Source of the DNA: a virus
Reading direction: 5' to 3' (one strand)
Length of the DNA: 42,444 bases
IMG/VR virus record: IMGVR_UViG_3300012347_000185
Location: 1 to 42,444 of that record
In this document: one piece after another, positions 16,553 through 25,779 of the stretch
Layout: each line of letters begins with the position of its first letter
Position numbering within the stretch: the first letter of the stretch is position 1
Notes under the pieces: generated by a model
Database searches by the model: none
What the model saw: only the letters and a program-made list of their open reading frames with translations
What the model was told of the DNA's origin: nothing
Program-made: the position numbers and the translations under genes

Positions 16553-18943
16553 ATGGCACTGATCTCTTCCTCAATCCCCAACTTTGTCAACGGTGTCTCG
16601 CAGCAACCCTATACTCTTCGACTGATCTCTCAGGGCGAAGTCCAAGAGAATGGTCTTTCCACTGTCTCTCAGGGGTTGAAGAAGCGTCCACCTACGAAGC
16701 ACCTCAAGAAGATCCAGAGCACTCCTCTGAGCAACTGCTTCATTCACACAATTAACCGCGATGAAGCTGAGCGTTACATCACAGTCCTGACCAACGGTGA
16801 TCTGAAGGTCTACGATATCAACGGTGTTGAAAAGACCGTGACCTTCCCTAATGGTAAGGGTTACCTTAGTGCGGCTACACCATCTACTGCATTCTCTGCA
16901 GTTACTGTGGCCGACTATACGTTCATTGTGAACAAGTCCATCACTGTGGCTGCTTCAGGCTCTATTACCCCCGCACGGCCCTATGAGGCCCTGATCAACG
17001 TCAAGGCGGGTAACTATGGCAAGACCTATCAGGTCTTAGTTAATGGCTCTGTAGGTGCAACATTCACAACCCCAGATGGCTCTGTGGCATCCCATAGTCC
17101 CCAGATCTCAACGGACTACATTGCTGCCCAGCTCTATAGTGGCCTTGCTGCAAACGGATATACAGCGGGATCGTGGGCGTGTTCTACCAGCGGCTCAACA
17201 CTGTATCTTGTAAACACAACAACCGACTTTACCATTAACACCCAAGACGGGTTTAACAATGGCGGCATGATTGGTATCAAGGGCAAACTGCAGAAGTTCT
17301 CGGACCTGCCGATCAACCCCGGTGTTGACGGCTTTGTTGTGGAGATCACTGGCACTGGTTCAGGTGAGACCGCCACCAGCCCATTTGATAGTTACTACGT
17401 GAAATTCGAGGCCTCTAATGGTGGGGCAGGGGTAGGTGTCTGGAAGGAAACAGTAGCTCCCAGTATCTCTCTCGGGTTGAATGCTGCAACTGTCCCCCAC
17501 ATTCTCGTGCGGGAAGCCAACGGCACGTTCACCTTCAAGCAGGCCACCTACAAGAACCGGATCGTTGGAGATAACGAATCGAACCCACTGCCATCCTTCA
17601 TTGGCCGCACTATCTCGGACGTGTTCTTCTACAGAAACCGCTTGGGTTTCCTCTCTGATGAAGCTGTGATCTTCTCTGAGTCGGGTGAGTATTTCAACTT
17701 CATGCGTACCACTGTCACTCAGTTGTTGGACAGTGACGCAATTGATGTCAACGCCAGCCACACTAAGGTGGCCATCCTCAAGCATGCGGTACCCTTCAAC
17801 AAGCAGCTCCTGCTGTTCTCTGAGCAGACGCAGTTCCTGATTGACCAAGACGATATCCTGTCTCCCAGGACTGTAGGCATCAAGGTGGCCACTGAGTTCC
17901 CATGCAACATCATTGCGAAGCCTGTGGGTATTGGTAAGAACGTGTACTTCTCAGTGGACAAGGGCACACACTCTTCGTTCCGTGAGTACTTCACTGATCT
18001 GAACAACCAAGCCAATGATGCGGTAGACGTTACCGCACACATTCCTCAGTACATCCCATCGAGCATCTATAAGATCTCGGTGGCTGTCAACGAGGACATC
18101 ATGGTTGCCCTGTCCACGGTGGACCCTTCGTCCCTGTACATCTACAAGTACTTCTTCAACGCCAACGAGAAGCTGCAGAGTTCGTGGTCGAAGTGGACCT
18201 TTGGGTCTGACTCAACGATCCTGAACGTGGACTTCATCGGCTCAGATATGTACATGGTGGTCAACAGGGCTGATGGTGTTTTCCTGGAGAAGGCGACTGT
18301 TTCCTTGGGAGACATAGGCCCCAGCGAACCCTACAACGTCCACCTGGATCGCAAGGTACAACTGGCCTCAGGTGCTGTGACCCACAGTGCTGGGTACTCC
18401 TCGGTAAACCTGACGACTCTGGGGTACACCCCGAGCGTTGGAAACTACCAGCTCGTTGTCCGAACCCACCCCACGCTCAAGCCGGGGGAGATCATGGATG
18501 TCATCTGGGATGGAACCAATGCAAAGGTTGCTGGAAACATCACTGGTGGAACATATACGTTTGGTCGCAAGTACGCCTTCAACTACCAGCTCTCTACCGT
18601 GACTGTCCGTACCCCCACCCAAAGTGGTGGTCAGAAGGCTGACACTGAGGGTCGTCTTCAGCTCCGTAAGATCTCCTTCAACTATGACGATACCGGATAC
18701 TTCAAGGTGAAGGTTACTCCTGCAGGTCGGGAGACCTACAACTACATCTTCTCCGGGAAAGTCCTCGGTCAGTCCTCCGGTACCATTGGTAGCTACAGTA
18801 TCAGCGAAGGTCGATTTATCGTCCCCATCATTAGCCAGAACATCGGCACCAACATTACTCTTGAAAATGACAGCCCACTCCCCAGCTCATTCCTCAGTGC
18901 AGACTGGGAAGGCTTCTACGTCAAGCGAAGCAAGGCCATCTAA
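16553..18943 (+). CDS. Tail tubular protein B (T7 gp12-like)
   Basis: 796 aa. N-terminal NFVNGVSQQP motif typical of gp12. Position after gp11. Confidence 0.9.
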   Translation: MALISSSIPNFVNGVSQQPYTLRLISQGEVQENGLSTVSQGLKKRPPTKHLKKIQSTPLSNCFIHTINRDEAERYITVLTNGDLKVYDINGVEKTVTFPNGKGYLSAATPSTAFSAVTVADYTFIVNKSITVAASGSITPARPYEALINVKAGNYGKTYQVLVNGSVGATFTTPDGSVASHSPQISTDYIAAQLYSGLAANGYTAGSWACSTSGSTLYLVNTTTDFTINTQDGFNNGGMIGIKGKLQKFSDLPINPGVDGFVVEITGTGSGETATSPFDSYYVKFEASNGGAGVGVWKETVAPSISLGLNAATVPHILVREANGTFTFKQATYKNRIVGDNESNPLPSFIGRTISDVFFYRNRLGFLSDEAVIFSESGEYFNFMRTTVTQLLDSDAIDVNASHTKVAILKHAVPFNKQLLLFSEQTQFLIDQDDILSPRTVGIKVATEFPCNIIAKPVGIGKNVYFSVDKGTHSSFREYFTDLNNQANDAVDVTAHIPQYIPSSIYKISVAVNEDIMVALSTVDPSSLYIYKYFFNANEKLQSSWSKWTFGSDSTILNVDFIGSDMYMVVNRADGVFLEKATVSLGDIGPSEPYNVHLDRKVQLASGAVTHSAGYSSVNLTTLGYTPSVGNYQLVVRTHPTLKPGEIMDVIWDGTNAKVAGNITGGTYTFGRKYAFNYQLSTVTVRTPTQSGGQKADTEGRLQLRKISFNYDDTGYFKVKVTPAGRETYNYIFSGKVLGQSSGTIGSYSISEGRFIVPIISQNIGTNITLENDSPLPSSFLSADWEGFYVKRSKAI

Positions 18944-18995
18944 TATTACCGTACGTCCTCCTCTCCTCAAGGATATCGCTGAGTTGTCAGTGACC

Positions 18996-19391
18996 ATGAG
19001 GCAGGAGGACAAGGATGAGATATGGCACCTGGCCCGTAAGCTCCCCATGGAGGCCCTAGAAGATGCCCTCGAAGCGTGTGACTACAACAAGGTTGTCCTT
19101 TTGGATGGCAAGGTAGTCTGCATGTTCGGGGTAGGGGGTCCCAAGGGTGGTGTAGGCATCCCATGGATGCTGGCCTCGGATCTCCTCACGGACATCTCCA
19201 AGCCCTTCCTCAGGGAGTGCAAGGAGTATGTCCTGGAGATGTCTCAAGGATACACTTCGCTGTATAACGTGGCGTGGTCAAAGAATGTGGTCCACATCAA
19301 GTGGCTCAAGTGGTTGGGCTTTGAGATTAAGCCAGCTATTCCTATGGGTCCCGATGGGGAGCTGTATCACCAATTCATTAAGGTAATTTAA
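18996..19391 (+). CDS. Hypothetical virion-associated protein at the gp13 position; start uncertain
   Basis: First ATG is at 18996. Protein-like sequence (ITVRPPLLKDIAELSV) continues in frame upstream to an ATT at 18945, just after the gp12 stop. Confidence 0.6.
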   Translation: MRQEDKDEIWHLARKLPMEALEDALEACDYNKVVLLDGKVVCMFGVGGPKGGVGIPWMLASDLLTDISKPFLRECKEYVLEMSQGYTSLYNVAWSKNVVHIKWLKWLGFEIKPAIPMGPDGELYHQFIKVI

Positions 19392-19392
19392 T

Positions 19393-19923
19393 ATGTGTTT
19401 ACCCGCATTAGCCCTAGCTCCTGGGCTTATGACCGGACTCCAGATCATTTCGTCAGTGGCTGGAGTCGTTGGTCAGATGCAGGCCCAGTCTGCTCAGGAA
19501 GAAGCCAATCAACGGCAATACGAAAATACGATGAGGGCACGAGCTGCCAACATCAACCAAACTAACCTCATGCAGCAACAGGAGCGGGAAGCCGCCATCC
19601 AGAAGCTCGATGAGAACAACATGGCCGCTCGGGCTTCAAGGTCCACCGCCACCACTTCTGCTGCTGAGAACGGTATCTCCGGGTTGTCTGTGGACGCTCT
19701 TGTTGCTGACCTCGGCACTAAACAGAACCGATTCAATTCCTCTGTTGCAACGAACTATAGCCTTGCTTCTCAAGGTATTGCCAACCAGCGTGAGAATGTG
19801 GACATCAATGCAGCGAGTCAGATCAATAGTCTGAAGACCCCTGCGATGCCAGATTACTTTGGTGCTGCTCTACGTATTGGTAAGTCGGTGTACGACTACC
19901 AAAACCCTAACAAAATTTCCTAA
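19393..19923 (+). CDS. Internal virion protein (gp14 position)
   Basis: 176 aa. Hydrophobic N-terminus then a Q/N/A-rich helical region. Gene order supports the call. Confidence 0.7.
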   Translation: MCLPALALAPGLMTGLQIISSVAGVVGQMQAQSAQEEANQRQYENTMRARAANINQTNLMQQQEREAAIQKLDENNMAARASRSTATTSAAENGISGLSVDALVADLGTKQNRFNSSVATNYSLASQGIANQRENVDINAASQINSLKTPAMPDYFGAALRIGKSVYDYQNPNKIS

Positions 19924-19932
19924 GGATACTCC

Positions 19933-21603
19933 ATGGCGCGAGTTCAAGTGGGATATAATCCCCGTGCTGAGGCACTGCAAACTACAGCAGCCCCTAACAT
20001 TGCTACCGAACAGGCGAGATTCGATCCCCGTGCAAGCTCTGCTTTCCAGTTGGCTGAGGCCTTGGGTAAAGCACAGCCAGTCTTGGATCAATTCAACCAG
20101 GATTACGAACGCAAGAAGGCTCAGGAAGCTCTCCTTCAGAACATGAAGATTGATACCTACAAGGAGCAATTCCAGCGTGACAATGTAAGTGGTGCGGTAA
20201 CTGCTGCACAGGTCAAAGAGAGATTCCCAGAGACTGTCCCTGTAGTGCAGGCCCGTGTTGCTGAGTCCATTGGTTTTGATTTCGGTAAGAAAGAAATCAA
20301 CAGTGTGATTGATGAGATCAACAAGGATGATAGTCTCCGTCTCGATAGCGTTAAACGCAATGCTTACCTCAAGACGAAGCGTGACGAGATCGTCGGTGGC
20401 CTAGCCAAGGACAACGAGTTCTACTCCGCAGGTGTCATCAAGGCCATCGATCAGGAACTCCGTGGGTGGGAGAATGGCTGGCAGCGTGATACCGCCACCT
20501 ACCACACCAAAGTGCAGGGCGAGGCTTTCGCCAATGAGGTAGGCCAAGTGCTGGCCGCTGGTGGTGATCTCACGGAAGTTGATAAGAAGTGGGCCTCCTC
20601 GTCCTCGCTGAACAACGCTGAGCGTAAGAAGCTGGTCGTGGATACCGTTATTGCCAAGGCCTATGCTGAGGACAATCCTGCGCTTCTCGCTAAGGTTCCT
20701 ACGGTCTTCCTGAACGATGAGTACAAGAAGAACTTGAAGCAGGCCGAATTGCAAATCCAGCAGATCCGTATTAGCAAGGTCCGTGACGCTCAGTTCCTTA
20801 AGCAGAACGCTCGTGAAGAAGCCACCCGCAGTGCCAAGACCGACATGATCGGCAAAGTGGCTCGTGGGGAGCCTGTTGACCCTAGCGCCTACCGTGGTGA
20901 TCCCGAAGCCTTCAACTATGCGATGCAACTGAAGGATGCAGGCCGTCTGCCTGATGTTCAGAGTGTCTCCACTGCCACCAAGGTTCGCACTTCGATCCTG
21001 AACGGCTCCACCGTGGGCACCATGAATCAGAACCAGGTGATTGACCAGATCATGGCCAACCCTGCGATGAACCCCAAAGAGAAGCAGGCGCTGATTGCGG
21101 ATGTCCCCAAGCTGATGGAAGGCATGTTGCTCCTGAAGGACGAGGGTGTGCAGACAGCAATGTCTACTCGCATCGATGCCCGTCTGAAGGTTCTCGAAGG
21201 GTCCACCAACGCCAAGATCCAGTCGCTGATTACCGGGGGTAACCTTCGTGCTCAGGCCATGCAGGTGTTCCAGCAGGGTCTGGAGAGTTCCTTCACGGCC
21301 TACTTCGAGGACAACAAACAGTGGCCCACAGGTAAGGCTAAGCAAGAGATCATCCGTGTCGAGACCGAGAAGGCTGAACGCCTGATCGAAGAACTGACTC
21401 GTATGGGAACCACAGCGGCACCTACAGGTCCTGCCCAGGCTGCTCCTACTCGTGGTGGTCCTATGGTCCCAGCCCCTCAGGCTTCTCCTGCACGTCCGGG
21501 AGCGACTACTCGCCCTGTGCCTACTCAGGCCGACATTGATTACGTGAAGAAGAATCCGCAGTCTCGTCAACAGTTTATTAATACATTCGGAAGGGAGCCG
21601 TAA
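19933..21603 (+). CDS. Internal core protein (gp15 position)
   Basis: 556 aa, helical. Gene order supports the call. Confidence 0.7.
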   Translation: MARVQVGYNPRAEALQTTAAPNIATEQARFDPRASSAFQLAEALGKAQPVLDQFNQDYERKKAQEALLQNMKIDTYKEQFQRDNVSGAVTAAQVKERFPETVPVVQARVAESIGFDFGKKEINSVIDEINKDDSLRLDSVKRNAYLKTKRDEIVGGLAKDNEFYSAGVIKAIDQELRGWENGWQRDTATYHTKVQGEAFANEVGQVLAAGGDLTEVDKKWASSSSLNNAERKKLVVDTVIAKAYAEDNPALLAKVPTVFLNDEYKKNLKQAELQIQQIRISKVRDAQFLKQNAREEATRSAKTDMIGKVARGEPVDPSAYRGDPEAFNYAMQLKDAGRLPDVQSVSTATKVRTSILNGSTVGTMNQNQVIDQIMANPAMNPKEKQALIADVPKLMEGMLLLKDEGVQTAMSTRIDARLKVLEGSTNAKIQSLITGGNLRAQAMQVFQQGLESSFTAYFEDNKQWPTGKAKQEIIRVETEKAERLIEELTRMGTTAAPTGPAQAAPTRGGPMVPAPQASPARPGATTRPVPTQADIDYVKKNPQSRQQFINTFGREP

Positions 21604-24600
21604 TGGCGACTGATATTCCAGGTTGGGCCAAAGAGGCAGAGCCTCAGGCAATTCCAAGCTGGGCATCTGCACCGGACAATGCGGCAGTGCCCTCGTGGGC
21701 ATCTGCACCAGCTCCTGCTCCTCAGACTCGTTCACAGCCTGTGGCGCAACCAGCAGCTAGTCCAGAAGCCAACGTCAAGAAGTTCTTGGACTTCCTTGGA
21801 CGAGCTGAGGGTGCCGACTACAACACCATCGTTGGTGGCAGCAAGTTCTCGGACTTCCGTGCTCACCCTCGGGTTGTCGGCTTGACCACCAAGGAAGGCC
21901 CCAGCACGGCTGCAGGTAAGTACCAGATCCTAGGGTCTACCTATGACGACATCGCCCCTAAGATTGGTGTGCGAGACTTCTCTCCAGACAGCCAGGACAA
22001 GATTGCCCTTGAGCTGATCCGCCGTAAGGGTGCTCTCGAAGATATCCGCAACGGCAACTTCGATGCAGCCGTGGGCAAACTGGGGGGTATCTGGGCATCC
22101 CTGCCTAGCTCTCCCTACAGTCAACCCAAGCGTAGTGCTGAGTGGGTCGCCAAGGAACTCGGTTCCCCTACGACTGTTCAATATCAGAACTTCGCCCCTG
22201 TCCGTCAGAACGTTGATCCTGCATCTCTGAACAAGGATCAGGATTGGCTCCGTGCCTCAGAGTTGCTCTACAGCTTCTATGAGCGGAAACCCTTCCAAGG
22301 CACAAAGGATGAACTTGCAGAGTGGGGTAAGGACTCCCTAGGCAACTTCAACTTCAACCTCGTGTCCATGGCAGAGATCGCCTACTCCCTCCAGAGTGCC
22401 ACTCAGGAAGAGAAGGAAGCCTTCCTGTTCATGATGGATACCTATGACAACACCAACTTCTCACTCGAAGGAGCGGGGAGGGCGGCTAAGGGTATCGTCA
22501 CCGATCCTACCAACTTGGTTGGCCTGGGTACTCTGGGTGTGGGCTTCATCGGGAAGTTCGCAGGTAAGCAAGCTGCCAAAGCTGGCATCCGTAAGCTAGT
22601 CCTCGACTCCCTTGCCCGTACAGGTATCGGCGCTGGTATCCAGTCCGGTGTGGTTGGAGCTGCAGACAGCACGATCCGTCAGGGCATCGAGGTATCCGCA
22701 GGTCGCCGTGAGGAGATCGATCTCTCCAAGGTGGGTGTGGATGCCGCTATCGCTGGTACCGCTGGTGTGATCCTCGGTACGGCTGCAGATGCTGCAGTGA
22801 CTAAGGTCGTGGGTGCCATCAAGGGCCGTAAGGCGATCGATACCCCTAACGTACCTGGAGAGGCTCCTAAGGCCCCTACAGACTCCGATCCCAACGTGTC
22901 AGGGGTAACCCCTCCAGTTGATCCTAAGTCTCCTACAGGCCTGTCTCCCGCAGAAGAGATTGGGCTGATCCAGCGCCAGCAAGATGGCCGTCTGCCTGCC
23001 GATGAGATCGTACCCAATGTGGGTGCAGACGTACCCAAAATCGATGTGCCTCAGTCCAACACAGGCCTCCGCACAACCCGCCTGACCGATGAACCTGTAG
23101 CTCCCTTGAGCAAGGTAGAGTTGGCCCAACAGGCTGACGTGGTGGTCACCCAGCTCCGTGATATCGAGACCAAGGATCTCCCGGCTGTCCTGGAGACTCT
23201 CCGCACTCGCAGTGACCTGTCTCGTGAAGAGATCCGGGTGGTCGATAAGGCTGTCCAGAACTACAAGAACGAGGTGGTTGTCGAGCTGGCTACACTCCGC
23301 AAGGAGCGCATGGCACTGGATGCAAAGACAGCCCTGAGTGAACCTGAGGTTATCCGTCAGCAGGAACTCAACACCCGTATCGAGGATCTCGAAGCACGGG
23401 TTGGATCAGCCCAGTTGGCAGATGATGCCACAGGCTCGATGGCTGGTTCCATCCTTCAGGATCGTCAGGACCCCATGAATGCCCTCAAGGGTGTCACGGT
23501 GGAATCCATCATGGCCGAGAAGGGTGTCACCAAGGTCGAGGCTGAACAGGTCTGGGCTGAGATGGTGGGCAAGGCTCACCTGCAGTCCGAAGGCCAGAAG
23601 ATCTCTGCGGTCTACGACGACATGGCCACCAAGGCTCTGGAAGCGGATGACCTTGAGGGAGCCATGAAGGCCTCCATCCTCAAGAACCGTGAGTTGGACG
23701 CAAAGATCGAAGCTCTGGCCCCCAAGGGTGCCTCCTTCGTGGACAAGCTGACTGAGTTTGCCATCTCCAACGTGTTCTCCATCAAGACGATCATCATCAA
23801 CTTGATCCCTTCGGGGATGAAGACGCTGGTGATCCCTGGATTGAAGGCAATCCTGAACAATCCCTTCGAGAAAGCCACACGAGCTGAGGCTGCTGCGTCC
23901 TATTCGGCCATGAGGTCGTCCTTCGGAGCAGCTTTGAACGCAGCCAAGAGTGGTTTCCGGTACGAACAGGCAATCCTGAGCCGTGACGGAACACGTTTGG
24001 TCGAAGGTGAGATGGCCATGACCGGGAAACTGGCCGGGGCCTGGCGTATCTTCCCCCGAATCCTCAATGCCTCCGACGAATTCCTCTCCCGGCTTAACTA
24101 CGACTCGTTCGTGGCTGGTAAAGCGGCTGCTGAAGCGGCCATGGAGGGGACCGAGAAGGGTTTGAAGGGTAAGGCACTGGACGATTTCATCTCAGAGGCC
24201 TCCAAGAAGGCTCTCGATGCGTCCATGAAGCCCACTTCGGGTGACGAACTGGTGCAGCCGATCATCAACAAGGGCCTGAATCTGGGTCTGACGGGTGAGG
24301 ACCTCTTCAAGTACGTCGAACGGGAAGCTGTCAGGGACCCTCAGTCACTCCGAAAGGGTAACGACGAGGACGCTCTGAACTTTGTTCGCGATGTTCTGTA
24401 CAAGCGCAAGTTCTCTGGCGAAGGCAGCATGTCCAAGGCGGCTCTGGCCTATGAAGATGCCATGAAAAAGTTCCCGACGCTCAAGCTGGTCATTGGCCAG
24501 TTGTTCTTTAGAACACCGATCCGGGTCTTTGAGGAGGGCATTCGCCTGACTCCTGGCCTACAGTTCGTGGCTCCTAACTTCATGAAGGATCTTGCAGGTG

Positions 24601-25733
24601 CCAATGGTTCCCTGCGCCAGGTCCGTGCCCAGGCTGAGGCCATGACCTCGCTGGTGATCGCCTCCGGTGTCCTCTCCCTGTATGCCCAAGGGCGTATCCA
24701 AGGGGATGGCGCCTACGACGATTACAAGCAACAGAAGAACCGCACAGACGGTCCGCTGCCTGAGCCGTACACGATCAAGATGTCCGATGGTTCCACCTGG
24801 AGCTACCGTGGCTTTGATCCGCTGGCCACCCCTGTGAAGATCATGGTCAACGCCCTGCAGAGAATGGACCAGCTCCGTCTCAGGGAAGCTCAAGGAGAGT
24901 TCGTGGACAAGGAGGCTTACAAGCCCATCTTGGCTGCGATCACCGTGGGTTCCATGTCAATCGCTTCGGCTATCCGTGATGCCTCCCTCGTGGAAGGTGC
25001 AGATAACTTCGCCAAGTTCGTGAAGACGGCCTTCAACCCCGAAGAGGGTGAGAGTGCCTTCATCAAGATCCTGGGTGACAAGCTCTTCCTGCTAGTTCCT
25101 AACACGCTCCACAAGATCGCTAGGGACAATGATCCCCAGATCCGTGACCCTCAGACCTTCTGGCAGATGGTTGAGCAAAAGCTGCTTCGTCCTGTGGGTC
25201 TCGATGAGCCAGCAAAGACAGCCTTTGCCTATGACGTTCTGGGTAATACCCGCAAGATGTCCGATACCGGATCTCTTTGGAATGTCTTCTCGACTGCTTC
25301 GGTGGAAGAGAGAGCCAAGGGAATGAACGAGAAAGAGCAGTTCATCCTGACCGAGATGGATCGACTGTCTCGTGTCACAGGTGTCACCTTTAAGCCTCCG
25401 GTGAAAGCCAAGGAGATGGGTGATGCTGACATGCGGACGATCATGGCGACTGACGGCAAGCGAACCCTCTACGATGTCTGGCAGCAGAACTACAAGTCTC
25501 TGAAACCAGAGGATGTCCTGTACCCGATCCTCAAGGCTCCATTGCCTGAGGGGACCTTCAAGTACAGGGCAGCAAAGGTTGAAGAGGCCCAGGCTATCAT
25601 CAACGATCTTCAGAGTGCAGCTATGGCAATGACCATGCAGCAGGAACAGAAGGTTGTGGATAAGTTCATCTCACAAGAGTTGCTCAAGGCAAAGTCTAAA
25701 GCTGGCCTGTTTGACACCCCTCGACCATATTAA
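21603..25733 (+). CDS. Internal core protein (gp16 position) with N-terminal lysozyme/lytic transglycosylase-like domain
   Basis: 1376 aa. FLDFLGRAEGADYNTIVGG..F.DF..HP......STAAGKYQIL resembles lambda-type (GH104-like) muramidases. Confidence 0.88.
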   Translation: MATDIPGWAKEAEPQAIPSWASAPDNAAVPSWASAPAPAPQTRSQPVAQPAASPEANVKKFLDFLGRAEGADYNTIVGGSKFSDFRAHPRVVGLTTKEGPSTAAGKYQILGSTYDDIAPKIGVRDFSPDSQDKIALELIRRKGALEDIRNGNFDAAVGKLGGIWASLPSSPYSQPKRSAEWVAKELGSPTTVQYQNFAPVRQNVDPASLNKDQDWLRASELLYSFYERKPFQGTKDELAEWGKDSLGNFNFNLVSMAEIAYSLQSATQEEKEAFLFMMDTYDNTNFSLEGAGRAAKGIVTDPTNLVGLGTLGVGFIGKFAGKQAAKAGIRKLVLDSLARTGIGAGIQSGVVGAADSTIRQGIEVSAGRREEIDLSKVGVDAAIAGTAGVILGTAADAAVTKVVGAIKGRKAIDTPNVPGEAPKAPTDSDPNVSGVTPPVDPKSPTGLSPAEEIGLIQRQQDGRLPADEIVPNVGADVPKIDVPQSNTGLRTTRLTDEPVAPLSKVELAQQADVVVTQLRDIETKDLPAVLETLRTRSDLSREEIRVVDKAVQNYKNEVVVELATLRKERMALDAKTALSEPEVIRQQELNTRIEDLEARVGSAQLADDATGSMAGSILQDRQDPMNALKGVTVESIMAEKGVTKVEAEQVWAEMVGKAHLQSEGQKISAVYDDMATKALEADDLEGAMKASILKNRELDAKIEALAPKGASFVDKLTEFAISNVFSIKTIIINLIPSGMKTLVIPGLKAILNNPFEKATRAEAAASYSAMRSSFGAALNAAKSGFRYEQAILSRDGTRLVEGEMAMTGKLAGAWRIFPRILNASDEFLSRLNYDSFVAGKAAAEAAMEGTEKGLKGKALDDFISEASKKALDASMKPTSGDELVQPIINKGLNLGLTGEDLFKYVEREAVRDPQSLRKGNDEDALNFVRDVLYKRKFSGEGSMSKAALAYEDAMKKFPTLKLVIGQLFFRTPIRVFEEGIRLTPGLQFVAPNFMKDLAGANGSLRQVRAQAEAMTSLVIASGVLSLYAQGRIQGDGAYDDYKQQKNRTDGPLPEPYTIKMSDGSTWSYRGFDPLATPVKIMVNALQRMDQLRLREAQGEFVDKEAYKPILAAITVGSMSIASAIRDASLVEGADNFAKFVKTAFNPEEGESAFIKILGDKLFLLVPNTLHKIARDNDPQIRDPQTFWQMVEQKLLRPVGLDEPAKTAFAYDVLGNTRKMSDTGSLWNVFSTASVEERAKGMNEKEQFILTEMDRLSRVTGVTFKPPVKAKEMGDADMRTIMATDGKRTLYDVWQQNYKSLKPEDVLYPILKAPLPEGTFKYRAAKVEEAQAIINDLQSAAMAMTMQQEQKVVDKFISQELLKAKSKAGLFDTPRPY

Positions 25734-25740
25734 GTTACAG

Positions 25741-25767
25741 CCCCCGGTTAACTCCGGGGGTTCTTTT
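25741..25767 (+). terminator. Stem-loop terminator after the gp16-like gene
   Basis: CCCCCGG (25741-25747) pairs with CCGGGGG (25754-25760), then TTCTTTT. Confidence 0.7.
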
Positions 25768-25779
25768 GGAGAATTCTAA

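Noticed and set aside
20401-21735. 444-aa minus-strand ORF (and similarly 14899..15846, 315 aa)
   Set aside because: These are antisense to the gp15-position core protein and to the major capsid gene respectively. The + strand genes are supported by synteny or homology, and these are mirror-frame artefacts.
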